From NCBI GenBank assembly GCA_965248575.1, contig CBDFJQ010000002.1, forward strand, positions 3,008,001 to 3,072,000: a stretch of 64,000 nucleotides of DNA, read 5' to 3'. Made by a program: the position numbers and the translations under genes. Below the pieces are notes generated by a model. The model was not told where the DNA came from. It saw only the letters and a list, made by a program, of their open reading frames with translations, and searched no databases. Source of the DNA: Planctomycetota bacterium. Its GTDB lineage: Bacteria; Planctomycetota; B15-G4. Positions 11,407-23,459 of this stretch are shown here, piece after piece. Positions within the stretch are counted from its first letter, which is position 1, and the number at the start of each line of letters is the position of its first letter.

Positions 11407-14400
11407 CCTTCATCTCCCGACCTGTTGCGGACATCGGCGAGGTAGCGCACACCCGGCTTGAGGTTGAGTTCCGCCAGCACGCTGTAGGCACGCGAGGCCG
11501 TTGTCAGGCGCGCGACCTTGCTCTCGGGGTCCGACAGGTCGCCGAACACGATCGCGTTGGTGGGGCAGCTCTGCTGGCAGGCGGTCTGCACATCGCCGTC
11601 CGCCAGGGGCTCGCCCTTGCGGCGGGCCTCGGCCTTCCCTTCCTGGATGCGCTGCAGGCACATGGAGCACTTCTCCATGACGCCGCGGCTGCGGATCGTC
11701 ACGTCCGGGTTGAGCACCATGTTCTGCAAGCGATCCTGCTTGCTGTACTCGAACCAGTTGAAGCGGCGCGTCTTGTAGGGGCAGTTGTTGGCACAGTAGC
11801 GGGTGCCCACGCAGCGGTTGTAGACCTGGGTGTTGAGCCCCTCGTTGCTGTGCATGGTGGCCAGCACCGGGCACACCGTTTCGCAGGGGGCGTGGCCACA
11901 GTGCTGGCACATGAGCGGCTGGTGGACCACATCCACATCGCCGTCCCCCGTGTCGGCGTAGTAGCGGTCGATGCGCAGCCAGCTCATCTCCCGGTGGCGG
12001 CGCACCTCGTCGCGACCCACCACGGGCACATTGTTTTCGGCCTGGCAGCCGATGACGCAGGCCGAGCAGCCCGTGCAGGCCGTGAGGTCGATGGCCATGC
12101 CCCAGTGGTGGCCGCGCGGCGCGTGGTCGTCGGCCCAGATCTCCGCGTCACCACCGTGCCCTGCGCCGGCGGCATGCTCGCCGCCCCCGTGCAGATCGGG
12201 CAGCGCCACGAGGCGCACGGCGTCGCGCACCGCGCCGCGCTTGGGCGCCAGGTGCTCAGGCACCGCCAAGCTGTGGTGGTCCTGGGTGCAGGCGAGTTCG
12301 CGTCGGGCGCCGGTGGCCTCCAGCTGCACGCTCAACGCCTCCGGGGACCAGGCCCCATTCCGGAAGGCCAGCAGGGGCGCCACGTTGGTGCCCACGGTGC
12401 CGCCCACCTCCACGGTGGCCTCGGCTTCGATCCACTCCGGGCCAATACTCGTGAAGCGGTCCGTGCCCAGCCGCCCGTAGCCGGCGGCCACGGCCACGAC
12501 ACCGTCGTCTTGGCCCGGCTGGACGAGCACCGGCAGCTCCAGCTCGGGCCGCGTGGGGTCCTCGCTGCAGCTCAGGCGGACGATGTCTCCGGACGTCAAG
12601 CCCAGCCGTTCGGCAGTGGCCGGCGAGAGGTCGGCGTGGTTGTCCCAGGTGGTCTTGGCCACGGGGTCAGGCAACTCCTGCAACCAAGGGTTGTGCGCAC
12701 CGCGGCCGTCCAGCAAGCCCACCTTGGGGTAGATCAGCAGCCGCAGCTGGTCGGCGCCGGGGGGTGTGGCGGCGTGCGTCACCCGGCGCAAGGCGCCCGC
12801 CATGGACGCCGGGTCGAAGCTCGTCTGCGCCGAGGCATGGGCCTCGGCCCGCAGGGTCGGCAGCTGCTCGAAGCCCCGCTCGAGCACCTTGTCGAACCAG
12901 ATGTCGAAGGGCTCGCCGCTCGCTTCTCGCCGGGAATCCAGCTGGCGACGCCAATGATCCCGGAGTAGCTCCCGCTCGTCGGCGGGCGCCCCGGACCAGC
13001 GGGCCAGGCTCGCGCGCAGTGTGCGCGTGTCACGCAGGGCGGGCAAGGTGGGTTGGGTCGTGCACAGCAGACCGGCGCGAGGCTCGGCATCGTCCCAGCG
13101 CTCCAGCTCGTGCGGCTCGGGGCAGACGATGCCCGCGTGTTGCGAGGTCTCGTCGGGCAAGCAGGCCAGGCTGATGTGGGTGCCTGCAGCCTGCAGGGCC
13201 TTGTCGAAGCCGGGCAGGTCGTAGGCCGGGTTGCAGCCCGCCGTGATCAGCAGGTCCACCTCTCCCCCCAGCAGTTCGCTCCGCAGCTGCTCCACCTGAG
13301 CGTCGCTGCCCAAGCGCTGTTGCGAGGCTCCCGCCAGGTGCCACGTGCGCCCTGCGTTGCCGAGCAACTCGTTGATCCAGCACGTGAGGCGTTGGGCGTC
13401 GTGGTCGTTCCGGCCGCAGAGCACGAGGGCGTCATGGCGCTGGGCCCAGAGCTCCTGCGCCAGCTCGTCCAAGGCCTCGCGCAGGCCAGGCCGCACGGCA
13501 GCCGTGTCGGGGGCCGGGCCCGGGAGGCCGACACCCGCCCGCCCCGCCAGCGCGGCTGCCAGATAGGCCAAGGCCTGGGTGCTCTCCCAAGGTGAGGTGC
13601 GCACACGCCGATCGGCCCGGGTCCCGGTCAGCGAGAGGCGTGCTTCGAACTGCCAGTGTCGGCTCATGTCCGGCGCCTCGCCGTGCTCGCCCTCCCCAAC
13701 CTGCGCGTCGTGGCCTTCTGGTCGGCGGGCCGCCGCATAGCCGGCGGAGTACTCAGCCGGGGAGATCCACGTCCCCAGCGGATCGGCGTCAAAGACCGCC
13801 AGCACGCGGCTCGCCGCGAGGTCGTAGCGCGGGATCGCCCGCACGCCATAGGCGGCCTCGGTCACGTCCAGGAGTGCCGAGCAAGACAGCGCGTCGTACA
13901 TCAGGTGACGCCCGTCGGGCACGGCACCGAGGAAGCGGTCGATCCAGGCCAGGGTGCTGGGCCCGGTCAGGGTGGACGTCAGCAGGCGCACCGAACCGCC
14001 GGCAGCGACCACTTGCTCGAGGCGGGCAGCCACGACCTCGTCCACCTGCTGCCAGCTGGAAGGCTTCCCCTCCAACTGCGGTCCGTCGAAGCGGTGGTCA
14101 TCGTAGAGCGACAGCACCGAGGCCTGGGCGGCGGCGGTGAGGCCGCGACCGTTGAGTGGGTGCTGCGGGTTGCCCTCCACCTTCACCGGACGGCCGTCGC
14201 GGCAGCGCACCAGCAGGCCACCACCGGAGCCGTCGGCCCAGGACGTGCTCGCGATCCAGTAGGCGCGGCCGGGCAGCACGCCCTCGTTCGCCATGATGTG
14301 GGTCATGGCGGTCTGGGCGGGCCCCCGCGAACAGGCCGTGACACCCGCCGCGGCAAAGCTGAAGCCCACCATGCGCAGGAAGGCGCGCCGGTCGAAACCC

Positions 14401-14516
14401 TTGCTGGCGATGGGCGCGTTCGGAAACTCCGGCGTCACCGGCAGCGGGCCGCAGGCCTCCTCCTCAGGAGAGCGGAACCAGTTCGCCCCGCCAGTCGTTG
14501 TCTCGTGCTTGCTCAT
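11403..14516 (-). CDS. actB: alternative complex III ActB (Tat-exported molybdopterin-oxidoreductase-like domain plus Fe-S domain)
   Basis: Tat/lipoprotein signal DRRAFLRMVG...TAC; GRPVKVEGNPQHP; NPWLQELPDP; CTGCSACVIGC, CQHCGHAPCETVCP and NRCVGTRYCANNCPY. Confidence 0.92.
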
Positions 14517-14532
14517 GAGGTCCCGATCGAAG

Positions 14533-15231
14533 TCAGTAGTGGCACACCGAGCAGTCGGTGGAGACGTGCTGGATGTCGTCCAAGCGGAAGTGGTCGGCGG
14601 CGCCGCCGCCCATGCTGGTGCCCATCGCCGGGTCCACGCCGTTCTCGCGGTGGCAGTTCACGCACCAGCCCATGCTGAGGTCGCTCTCCTGCCGCACGCG
14701 CTCCATGCTCTGCACGGGCCCGTGGCAGACCTGGCAGGCCAACCCGCGGGAAACGTGCACGCTGTGGTCGAAGGCCACGAAGTCCGGGAGGTTGTGCACC
14801 CGCACCCAGGGGATCGTCTGCGGCCCCAGCCCGTTGGGCTCGAGATTCTCGTCCAGACCCATGGCGTCGTAGATCTTCTGGATCTCCGGCGACACCAGAC
14901 GACGGGGATCGCGGCCTTCGACTTCGGCCAGCTCGCGTTCCTGGAGCACCTCGTCGAAGCCCGTGCTGACCGACTCGTGGCAGTTCATGCACACGCTCGT
15001 GGGCGGGATGCCCGCGTGTCGGCTCGTGCGCGCCCCGAAGTGGCAGAACATGCAGTCCATGCCCAGCTCGCCCGCGTGCAGGCGGTGGCTGTACTGGATG
15101 GGTTGCGTGGGGGCGTAGCCCGTGTGCGTCCCAGGTGGGCGCCAGTCCGTCGTCCCCACCACCGCCACCAAACCGAAGAGGACGGCGGCCGAGAGGAAAA
15201 CGCGCGCGTGCGTGGTGCTCGGGATCAGCAT
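14533..15231 (-). CDS. actA: alternative complex III ActA pentaheme cytochrome c
   Basis: N-terminal TM; GYAPTQPIQYSHRLHAG; five CxxCH motifs (CMFCH, CMNCH, CQVCH, CVNCH, CSVCH); SMGWCVNCH. Confidence 0.92.
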   Translation of the reverse strand: MLIPSTTHARVFLSAAVLFGLVAVVGTTDWRPPGTHTGYAPTQPIQYSHRLHAGELGMDCMFCHFGARTSRHAGIPPTSVCMNCHESVSTGFDEVLQERELAEVEGRDPRRLVSPEIQKIYDAMGLDENLEPNGLGPQTIPWVRVHNLPDFVAFDHSVHVSRGLACQVCHGPVQSMERVRQESDLSMGWCVNCHRENGVDPAMGTSMGGGAADHFRLDDIQHVSTDCSVCHY

Positions 15232-16883
15232 GAGATCTCCGCGTTCTTCCGGGCGTAGAACCACCAGTTCACGCCCAGGCAGGTGGCGTAGTACCCGGCG
15301 AAGCCGTAGAGCGCGTACTCGGGCGTCCCGTTCTTGATCTGCGTCGCGAAGATTTTCGGGATCAGGTAGGCGCCGTAGGCCGCGATGGCCGAGGTCCAGC
15401 CCAGCACTGGGCCGGCTTGCTCCTTCTCGAAGATCATGGGGATCATGCGGAAGGTGGAGCCGTTGCCGATGCCCGTGGTCGCGAACAGCAGGATGAACAG
15501 CAACAGGAAGGGCATGAAGAACTGTTCAGGGTTCGGCGAGTGGCTCGCCTGGCTGACGTACCAGCCCGCACCGATCGTGGCGATGATCATCACCACCGTG
15601 TCCCACTGGGTGACGCGCGCGCCCCCCAGCTTGTCCGACAGCCAGCCCCCCACCGGGCGGATCAACGCGCCCACGCCAGCCCCGATCCAGATGTAGGAGG
15701 AGGAGAGGGGCGCGTTGGGGTTCAGGATGCCCTCCGGCAGCGGACTGCCATCCGCGCCCACACGGATCACGCCGAACACGTCATCGATGAGCTTGGGGAA
15801 GGCGTTCGCGTAGCCGATGAACGAACCGAAGGTCATGGTGTACAGCCACGTCATGACCCAGTTGTGCTTGTTGCCGAAGATGGCGAACTGGGTGTCGAGG
15901 CTGTCGCGCGTCTCTCTCGAGGTGAAGCGCTTCATGGCGAAGAGCGTGACCAGCACGGCGATGACCAGGATCAAGAAGGTCTTCAACAGCACCGGGAAGC
16001 TGCCCCATGGAGTGATCAGCAACCACACGCCGATTCCGCCCCCGAGGAAACCCATGCAGGTGAGCCGCAGGTAGCGACCCACGCTCTTGGCGGTGCTGCC
16101 GCAATCGTGCTGCGGCATGGTGTTCATCAGCATGAAGGCCAGCACGGCGAACACGGCCAGCACCGGCACCCAGACCAGGCCGGCGTTCTGGATCCACATC
16201 TGCGACTCGCCCACCTGGTACGGCTCACCGCCCAGACTGCCGAAGGCTCCGAAGGTGATGATCCACGGCAGCAAGAACTGCATGACCGAGACGCCTGCGT
16301 TGCCCAGGCCCGCGTTGAGCCCCAGCGCCAACCCCTGCACCTTCTTGGGGTAGAAGAAGCTGATGTTGGACATGGAGGAGGCGAACACGCCGCCGCCCAC
16401 ACCGGACAGGGACGCCAGCAACACGAAGGTGTAGAAGCTGCTGTCCGGGTTCTGCAGCGCGATGCCCGCTCCCAGGGCCGGCAGGATCAACAACAAGGTC
16501 GACATGAACTTGACGTTGCGGCCGCCGCAGATGGCGACCATGAACGAGTTGGGGATGCGCAGGGTCGCCCCCACCAGACCCGCGACCGCGGGCAGGGTGA
16601 ACAGCAGCGCCCGGTAGTCGTCACTGCCGAGGGGCTCCCCGTCGTTCCAGCCGGTGAAGCTGAAGAGGTCGAGGTTCGCGAAGTGCGCCTTCTGCACGAA
16701 CTTCGCCACCATGCCCCAGTACAGCCAGACCGAGAACCCGCACAGCAGGTTCGGGATGGAGACCCACAGGTTCCGGCGCGCGACGCTCTTGCCGGTCTTT
16801 TCCCAGAACGCCTCGTCTTCGACGTCCCATTCGGGCAGGACGCTCTTGGGCCGCTTGTTGGAACTGCTGCCGTTGTTCATCAC
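15225..16883 (-). CDS. narK: NarK2-type nitrate/nitrite antiporter
   Basis: WDVEDEAFW, ARRNLWVSIP, GLNAGLGNAG, TFGSFIG and GIGNGSTFRMIP motifs. Confidence 0.92.
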   Translation of the reverse strand: MMNNGSSSNKRPKSVLPEWDVEDEAFWEKTGKSVARRNLWVSIPNLLCGFSVWLYWGMVAKFVQKAHFANLDLFSFTGWNDGEPLGSDDYRALLFTLPAVAGLVGATLRIPNSFMVAICGGRNVKFMSTLLLILPALGAGIALQNPDSSFYTFVLLASLSGVGGGVFASSMSNISFFYPKKVQGLALGLNAGLGNAGVSVMQFLLPWIITFGAFGSLGGEPYQVGESQMWIQNAGLVWVPVLAVFAVLAFMLMNTMPQHDCGSTAKSVGRYLRLTCMGFLGGGIGVWLLITPWGSFPVLLKTFLILVIAVLVTLFAMKRFTSRETRDSLDTQFAIFGNKHNWVMTWLYTMTFGSFIGYANAFPKLIDDVFGVIRVGADGSPLPEGILNPNAPLSSSYIWIGAGVGALIRPVGGWLSDKLGGARVTQWDTVVMIIATIGAGWYVSQASHSPNPEQFFMPFLLLFILLFATTGIGNGSTFRMIPMIFEKEQAGPVLGWTSAIAAYGAYLIPKIFATQIKNGTPEYALYGFAGYYATCLGVNWWFYARKNAEISC

Positions 16884-16915
16884 GTTCTCCGTCGCACGAA
16901 CTTCTGAGGGGGGGG

Positions 16916-17605
16916 CTAGCCGGTGGAGCGGGACTTCTTGCGGTCGTAGTTCCAGACCACGACCTGGGTGCGGCGCCAGAGATAGGGGTTGGGAACCACC
17001 AACACGTGCACCAGGCGCGTGAAGGGGAAGAAGGCGATCACCAGCCAGGCGTTGACGATGTGCGCCTTCACCAGGAAGGGCAGCGCGCCCACGTAGCTGA
17101 GCTCCGGGTCGAGCTTCACGAGCGACCAGAACCAGGGCGTCAATGAGGTGGCGAACCAGGAGCTACCCCAACCATGGAAGAGCGCCACACCGATACCCGT
17201 CACCACCTGCACGCCCACCAGCCCGTAGACGATCCAGTCGCTGACCGTGGTGACCGTGCGCGCCTTGGTCACCTGCAGGCGGCGCAAGACGATGTTCACC
17301 AGGCCCACCAGGGTGACCAGCGCCATGGCCAGGCCCGTCGCCTCGGTCAGGAAGAGCCGGAAGGGCTCGGCGTTCCAGGCCATGATCACGTCGGGAATGA
17401 ACAGCCCGACGAGGTGCAGCATCAGCACGAACAAGATGCCGTAGTGGAAGGGCACCGAGCCCCAGAAGTGCTTGCGGTTCTCGAGGAACTGCGAGCTGAG
17501 GCTGCTGTAGGTGAACGTGCGCTGCCGGTAGCGCTGGATGGTCATGATGAAAAAGATGCCCATCGCGACGTACGGCAGGATCCCGAACAGCAAGGTGTCA
17601 CTCAT
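16916..17605 (-). CDS. narI: respiratory nitrate reductase gamma subunit (cytochrome b)
   Basis: SSLSSQFLE, FHYGI...LHL, KAHI and PFTRLVH; four heme His present. Confidence 0.93.
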   Translation of the reverse strand: MSDTLLFGILPYVAMGIFFIMTIQRYRQRTFTYSSLSSQFLENRKHFWGSVPFHYGILFVLMLHLVGLFIPDVIMAWNAEPFRLFLTEATGLAMALVTLVGLVNIVLRRLQVTKARTVTTVSDWIVYGLVGVQVVTGIGVALFHGWGSSWFATSLTPWFWSLVKLDPELSYVGALPFLVKAHIVNAWLVIAFFPFTRLVHVLVVPNPYLWRRTQVVVWNYDRKKSRSTG

Positions 17606-18236
17606 GACAGGGCTCCTCTCCACAGGTCGGTGCCTGTGTGTCATGGGGTGCGTCATGGGGTAGCGGCGGTGGCGACGGGGGCCAGCTGGACGGCACCGAC
17701 GCGCCGACCGGCGGGCGTACGCTGCGCGTGTGCATCTGCAGGACTTCTTGCACCGCAGCCAGGACAGCCGCCCAGGGGTTCTCCTGCGCCACCAGGGCCT
17801 CCTCGATCTTGGTCACCGCAGGCGCCACGGTTTCGTGGGCCATGTCGCCTGACCAAACCTCCTCGGCGCGACCCAGCACGGGCAGCACATGGCTCAGGTG
17901 GTCCGGCAGTTCACCGTTCTCCTCGACCCCGTGCTCACGCAAGCGCTGGCGCATGCGCACCATGAAGGTGCCGCGCGTGTAGTTCTCGCCGAAGGTGTGC
18001 CAGCCCACCTCGAGCGCCCGGTCGGCGGAGTTGTCGAAGGTGTGGGTGAACATCTCCTCCAGATCACTGAGGGTCTGGTCCCGCACGAAGTCCACGAAGG
18101 GCTGGAGCTTCTCCCCGGCTGCGGGACAGGAGGCAGCGACGGTGCGCGCCGCCTCCTCAATCAGCTGCTCCACGCCTTCGCGCGGATACATCAACAGGCC
18201 AGCCAGGGCGTCGTGGGTTTCGACGTCTGGTCGCAT
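17598..18236 (-). CDS. narJ: nitrate reductase Mo-cofactor assembly chaperone
   Basis: LLMYP, FTHTFD and GELPDHL motifs; lies between narH and narI with overlapping ends. Confidence 0.88.
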   Translation of the reverse strand: MRPDVETHDALAGLLMYPREGVEQLIEEAARTVAASCPAAGEKLQPFVDFVRDQTLSDLEEMFTHTFDNSADRALEVGWHTFGENYTRGTFMVRMRQRLREHGVEENGELPDHLSHVLPVLGRAEEVWSGDMAHETVAPAVTKIEEALVAQENPWAAVLAAVQEVLQMHTRSVRPPVGASVPSSWPPSPPPLPHDAPHDTQAPTCGEEPCHE

Positions 18237-19726
18237 CAGAGCCCCCTCGCCGGCGCGTTGCGGAAGCCGAAGCCCATGGACTTCTTGAAGTCCAGCGGGT
18301 CTTCGAGCACCTCGATGGCCATCTCCCGTTGGGCGGGCGGAACCACCACGCGGTCTTCCAGGCTGGCGAGGGCCGTCAACTTGTAGATGGCCTCCGCCTC
18401 GTCCGGACTGCACTCGGCATCCTTGAGCGCGCGCTCCGCCACCTCCAGGCTGATGTCACCCACCGTGACGTGGCGCCGCCAGAGCCGCACGGCGTACTGC
18501 TTGCGCAAGGCCGTCCGCACCTTGCCCTCGTTGCCGGCGGCGAACATGCGCGCCAGGTACTTGATGGGCACGCGCGCCTTCTCGATGTCGGAGAACAGGT
18601 CCTCGGTGTCGTTGCGCACCGGACCGGCATCCTTGTTCGAGATCACCGGCATCAGCGGCGGTACATAGAACAGCATGGGGAAGGTTCTAAACTCGACGTG
18701 CAGCGGCAGCGCCAGCTTCCACTCTTTGACGAAGCGGTAGACCGGCGAGAGCTGGGCGGACTCGATGGTGCTGTCCGCCACGCCACATTCCTTGGCAGCG
18801 GCGATGACCGCCTCGTCGTGCGGGTCGAGGATCATCTCGCGCTGGGCGTCCACCAGTTCGAGGTCGGGCTTGGTGGCGCACTCCACCAGCTTGTCGGCGT
18901 CGTAGAGCACCGTGCCCAGGTAGCGGATGCGACCCACGCAGCTGTGGAAGCAGGCCGGAGCCTCGCCGGCCTCGAGACGCGGGAAGCACAAGATGCACTT
19001 CTCGCTCTTGCCCGTGGACCAGTTGTAGTAGGTCTTCTTGTAGGGGCAGGCCGAGACGCACGAGCGCCAGGCTCGGCAGCGCTCCTGATTGATCAGCACC
19101 ACGCCGTCCTCGCCGCGCTTGTACATGGCCCCTGACGGACAGGAAGCCACGCAGCTCGGGTTGAGACAGTGGTTGCAGATGCGCGGCAGGTAGAAGAACG
19201 CCATGCGCTCGATCTCGAACATCTGCTGCCGCACCTCGGGCGTCAGCTCGTCGAGATTCGGGTCGTTTTCGGCGTAGATCGGCGAGCCGCCCAGGTCGTC
19301 GTCCCAGTTGGGGCCCGCCTTGATGTCGATGTGCTCGCCCGTGACCATCGAGATGGGCCGCGCCGTGGGCTGGTCGTCGCCCTCAGGGGCGTTGAACAGC
19401 GTCTCGTACTTGTAGGTCCACGGCTCGTAGTAGTCATCCATGCTGGGCATGGACGGGTTGTGGAAGATGTTCGGGATGATGCGGCCGCGGCCTGTGCTCT
19501 TCAGGCGCAGCTTGCCGTCCCGCACCTCCCAACCACCCTTGTAGTACTCCTGGTCCTCCCACTTCGTCGGGTAGCCGGTACCCGGCTTCGTCTCGACGTT
19601 GTTCCACCACATGTATTCGGTGCCCTTGCGGTCGGTCCAGATGTTCTTGCACGCGACGCTGCAGGTGTGGCACCCGATGCACTTGTCCAGGTGGAAGACG
19701 AGAGCGGTTTGGGAGCGGACATCCAT
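18236..19726 (-). CDS. narH: nitrate reductase / nitrite oxidoreductase beta subunit
   Basis: LDKCIGCHTCSVACKN, CNHCLNPSCVASCP, CRAWRSCVSACPY and KCILCFP motifs. Confidence 0.96.
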   Translation of the reverse strand: MDVRSQTALVFHLDKCIGCHTCSVACKNIWTDRKGTEYMWWNNVETKPGTGYPTKWEDQEYYKGGWEVRDGKLRLKSTGRGRIIPNIFHNPSMPSMDDYYEPWTYKYETLFNAPEGDDQPTARPISMVTGEHIDIKAGPNWDDDLGGSPIYAENDPNLDELTPEVRQQMFEIERMAFFYLPRICNHCLNPSCVASCPSGAMYKRGEDGVVLINQERCRAWRSCVSACPYKKTYYNWSTGKSEKCILCFPRLEAGEAPACFHSCVGRIRYLGTVLYDADKLVECATKPDLELVDAQREMILDPHDEAVIAAAKECGVADSTIESAQLSPVYRFVKEWKLALPLHVEFRTFPMLFYVPPLMPVISNKDAGPVRNDTEDLFSDIEKARVPIKYLARMFAAGNEGKVRTALRKQYAVRLWRRHVTVGDISLEVAERALKDAECSPDEAEAIYKLTALASLEDRVVVPPAQREMAIEVLEDPLDFKKSMGFGFRNAPARGL

Positions 19727-19748
19727 GAAAGGTCTCCTGGTCTGCGAT

Positions 19749-22700
19749 TTACCAGACGAGCTCGGGGCACTTGCGCACGAGGATGTGCGTGTCCCGGTTG
19801 CTGCCCGTCGGGCCCCAGTAGTTGAAGTGGTAGGTGAACTGCCCGTAGCCGCCGACCATCAGGTTGGGCTTGAGGCGTGTGCGCGTGAGGCTGTTGTGGC
19901 CGCCTGCTCGGCGGTACTTGCGCAGCGGGCTCTTGGGCACCGAGTAGGTGCGCTCCGGCGAGTGGTAGATGATGCAGATGCCGCGCGGCAACCTTGCACT
20001 CACCGCGGCGCGCGTGACCACCACGCCGTGGTCGTTGTGCACCTCCACCCAATCGTTGTCCTCGATCTGGATGGACTCGGCATCCTTGTCGTTGATCCAG
20101 AAGGGCTCGACACCGCGTGAGAGCGTCGACATGCGGTGGTTATCCGCGTAGGTCGAGTGCATGTGCCACTTGCCGTGCGGCGTCAGGAAGTTGAGGCGTA
20201 GCGTCTTGCCCTTCTCTTCGCTGAACCTCAGGTCGGCGTAGTCGGCGGGCATCGGCTTCGGCTTGTAGGTCGGCAGGTGCTCGCCGAACTGCAGGTAGCC
20301 GGGGTGGTCCAGATAGAAATGCTGGCGGCCGGTCAGGGTGCGCCAGGGCACGAGCTTTTCGCGGTTGTAGGTGAAGGGCGCGTAGGTCCGGCCGTTCTCG
20401 ACCAGCCCCGACCACATGGGGCTGTTGATCAGGCGCCTGGGCTGGGACTGGAGGTCGCGGTAGTTGACCCGCACGCCGCGGTTCTTCTCGGCCAGGTCGG
20501 TCAGCTTCAGGCCCGTCTTCTCCTCCATGTTCTTGTAGGAGCGGTACGCCAGCTCGCCGTTGGTCACCGTGGCCAGGTCGAGGATCGTGTCGCAGACCTG
20601 GGTCGCGTACTTCAGCGAGGGATAGCGTTGCCCACCCCAGTCCTGGGTCTTGCCCGTCTCGATCAGCTCGTCGTAGATGTCGTCCACGGCGTAATGCGTG
20701 CCATGGGCGCCGAGCCCGTTTTCGCGCACGTTGCGGCCGTAGGAGATGAACTGCTCGTACAGGTGCTCGTAGTCCCGATCGACGACCTTCAGGCCTGGCA
20801 TGGTCTTGCCGGGGATGGCCTCGCACTCCCCGCGGTGCCAATCGCGGATCTGGGGCTGCGCGATCTCGGCCGGCGAGTCGTGCGCCAGGGGCAGGGCCAC
20901 GATGTCCTTGGTCTTGCCGGGCAGGTGCTTGGGAGACAGCTTGCCGATGGCCTGGGCGATGGCGCGGAAGATGTCCCAGTCGGACTTGCTCTCCCAGCAG
21001 GGCGGCACGGCCTTGCTCAAAGGGTGGATGAAGCTGTGCATGTCCGTGGTGTTGAGGTCGGCCTTCTCGTACCAGGTCGCCGCCGGCAGGATGATGTCCG
21101 AGTACAGCGCCGACGTGTCCATGCGGAAGTTGAGGTCGACCACCAGGTCCATCTTTCCGGTAGGCGCGTGCTTGACCCAGTCGACTTCCTTCACGTGCCC
21201 TTCGGCCATGTCCTCGGAGATGGTGTTGGTGTGCGTCCCGAGGTAGTGCTTCAGGAAGTACTCGTGGCCCTTGGCCGAAGACATGAGGGCGTTGCCGCGC
21301 CAGATGAACCAGACACGTGGCCAGTTCTCCTCCGCGTCCGGATTCTCGATGGAGAACTTCAGCTTGCCGTCCACCACCTGGTTCTTGACCCAGGTGGCGA
21401 TGGCGTCGTCGTCCTTCGCCCCGGCCGCCTGCGCCTCCTTGCACAACTCCAGCGGGCTGCGCTCGAACTGCGGGTAGAAGGGGAGCCAGCCGTTGCGCAC
21501 CGCCCGCACGTTGGCGTCGATGGTGTGCCCCTCTGCCAGACTGCCCTCAGGTTGATCCTCGGGCACGGTGTGGTAGTCGCGGAAGCTGCGTTCGTAGCGC
21601 CATTGGTCCGTGTGCACGTAGTGCCAGCTGGGCGCGTTTTGCAGGCGCGAGGGGCCGTACCAGTCCTTCGCCAGGGCGATGGACGACCACGACTCCATGG
21701 GCGCGAGCTTCTCTTGGCCCACGTAGTGCGCCAGGCCACCACCGTTGGTGCCCACACAGCCGCAGAACATGAGCGCGTGGATCGCCGCGCGGTACATGAG
21801 GTTCGCGTGGTACCAGTGGTTGATGCCTGCGCCGATGATCACCGTGCACTTGCCGCCGGTGTGTTCGGCCGTGGAGGCCCACTCCCGAGCGAAGCGGATG
21901 ATCGTGGCGCGGTCGATGCCCGTGTAGCGCTCGGCCCAGGCCGGCGTGTAGACGGCATCCTCGTCGTAGTCTGCGGGGTAGGCACCCGACAGCCCGCGGC
22001 CCACGCCGTACTGGGCCATGAGCAAGTCGTAGGCCGTGGTGACCGTCACCGGGCCGTCCGTGGTCTGCACGACGCGCACCGGCACGCCACGTTCCAACGA
22101 GCCGCCGGCTGCAAAGTCGTCCAGCCGCACCGAAGCGACCGAGTCATGCTGCTCGAGGAAGGTCAGCTCGGCATCGATGGGGCTGCCATCCTTGCCGTCC
22201 TCGGGCTTCATGTTCCACTTGCCCTTCTCGGCTCCCCAGCGGTGGCCCGAGCTGCCCATGGGCATCTTGGGCCGGTTGTCGCCGCGGTCCCACTGCAGGA
22301 ACTTCCACTCGCCGTTCTCCTCGTCGGCGTAGTTCTCGAGGCGGCCTGCGCGCAACAGTTGCCCGGCCTCCCAGTGGCCGTTCTTCTCGGTCAGCTCGAC
22401 CAGGAAGGGGCCGTCGGTGAACTTACGCGTGTAGTCCATGAAGAAGGGCGTCTGCTTCTCGTGGTGGAACTCCTTCAGGATGATGTGGTTGACGGCCATC
22501 CACCACGCGCCGTCCTGGCCTGCGTTGAGGGCGATCCACTCATCCGCGTACTTGGCCACCTGGTTGAAGTCGGGCGAGAACACCACCATCTTCGTGCCGT
22601 TGGTGCGCGCCTGCGCAGCGAAGGGCACGTCCGGCGTGCGCGTCATGTTCAGGTTGCTGCCCATGACCGCCAGGAACTTGCTGTGGTACCAGTCCGCCGA

Positions 22701-23459
22701 CTCGTTGACGTCGGTCTGCTCGCCCCAGGTCTCGGGGGACGCGTTGGGCAGGTCGCAGTACCAGTCGTAGAAGGAGAGGGACACGCCGCCGATCAACTGC
22801 ATCAGGCGTGAACCCGCGGCGTAGCTGACCATGGACATGGCAGGGATCGGCGAGAAGCCCGCCACCCGGTCCGGGCCGTGCTTCTTGATGGTCTGCACCG
22901 TCGAGGCGGCAATGATCTCCAACACCGTGTCCCAACTCGTGCGCCGCAAGCCGCCCTTGCCCCGGGCGCGCTGGTAGCGCTTGCGCCGCTCCGGGTCCGA
23001 CTGCAGCCACTGCCAGGCGTCGACCGGGTCCTCGTGCACACTGCGCGCTTCGCGCCACAGGTCCAGCAGGGCACCGCGGATGTAGGGGTACTTCACGCGC
23101 AGAGGGCTGTAGAGATACCAGCTGTAGCTAATGCCGCGCTGGCAACCCCGGGGCTCGTACGCCGGGATGCTCTTCTCCAGCCGCGGGTAGTCCGGCGCCT
23201 GCATCTCCCAGGCCACGATGCCGTCCTTCACGTGGATGTCCCACGAGCAGCTGCCGGTGCAGTTGACGCCGTGCGTGCTGCGCACGACTTTGTCGTGCTG
23301 CCAACGGTTGCGGTAGAACTCTTCCCAGGAGCGGGTCTGGGGGGCGACGGTGTCCTGGATCCAGGGGTTGCCGGAATCCTGCGATCCGTGGCCGTTCGTT
23401 CCCTGCCCGTTCTGGCCCTGCCCGTTCTGGCTGTGCCCCTTGCTGCCGGGTTTGCTCAC
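19749..23459 (-). CDS. narG: nitrate reductase / nitrite oxidoreductase alpha subunit (cytoplasm-facing type, no Tat signal)
   Basis: [33 protein letters not shown] and HYVGQEK motifs; 1236 aa. Confidence 0.96.
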   Translation of the reverse strand: MSKPGSKGHSQNGQGQNGQGTNGHGSQDSGNPWIQDTVAPQTRSWEEFYRNRWQHDKVVRSTHGVNCTGSCSWDIHVKDGIVAWEMQAPDYPRLEKSIPAYEPRGCQRGISYSWYLYSPLRVKYPYIRGALLDLWREARSVHEDPVDAWQWLQSDPERRKRYQRARGKGGLRRTSWDTVLEIIAASTVQTIKKHGPDRVAGFSPIPAMSMVSYAAGSRLMQLIGGVSLSFYDWYCDLPNASPETWGEQTDVNESADWYHSKFLAVMGSNLNMTRTPDVPFAAQARTNGTKMVVFSPDFNQVAKYADEWIALNAGQDGAWWMAVNHIILKEFHHEKQTPFFMDYTRKFTDGPFLVELTEKNGHWEAGQLLRAGRLENYADEENGEWKFLQWDRGDNRPKMPMGSSGHRWGAEKGKWNMKPEDGKDGSPIDAELTFLEQHDSVASVRLDDFAAGGSLERGVPVRVVQTTDGPVTVTTAYDLLMAQYGVGRGLSGAYPADYDEDAVYTPAWAERYTGIDRATIIRFAREWASTAEHTGGKCTVIIGAGINHWYHANLMYRAAIHALMFCGCVGTNGGGLAHYVGQEKLAPMESWSSIALAKDWYGPSRLQNAPSWHYVHTDQWRYERSFRDYHTVPEDQPEGSLAEGHTIDANVRAVRNGWLPFYPQFERSPLELCKEAQAAGAKDDDAIATWVKNQVVDGKLKFSIENPDAEENWPRVWFIWRGNALMSSAKGHEYFLKHYLGTHTNTISEDMAEGHVKEVDWVKHAPTGKMDLVVDLNFRMDTSALYSDIILPAATWYEKADLNTTDMHSFIHPLSKAVPPCWESKSDWDIFRAIAQAIGKLSPKHLPGKTKDIVALPLAHDSPAEIAQPQIRDWHRGECEAIPGKTMPGLKVVDRDYEHLYEQFISYGRNVRENGLGAHGTHYAVDDIYDELIETGKTQDWGGQRYPSLKYATQVCDTILDLATVTNGELAYRSYKNMEEKTGLKLTDLAEKNRGVRVNYRDLQSQPRRLINSPMWSGLVENGRTYAPFTYNREKLVPWRTLTGRQHFYLDHPGYLQFGEHLPTYKPKPMPADYADLRFSEEKGKTLRLNFLTPHGKWHMHSTYADNHRMSTLSRGVEPFWINDKDAESIQIEDNDWVEVHNDHGVVVTRAAVSARLPRGICIIYHSPERTYSVPKSPLRKYRRAGGHNSLTRTRLKPNLMVGGYGQFTYHFNYWGPTGSNRDTHILVRKCPELVW
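23401..23430. repeat. 15-bp tandem repeat (CCCTGCCCGTTCTGG x2) encoding QNGQG repeats in the NarG N-terminus
   Basis: Exact duplication visible in the sequence. Confidence 0.8.

Noticed and set aside
20277..22811. 844-aa plus-strand ORF (similar long ORFs at 33344-35725, 6702-8480 and 11385-12968)
   Set aside because: Antisense shadows of well-supported genes, expected in high-GC DNA; no recognisable motifs
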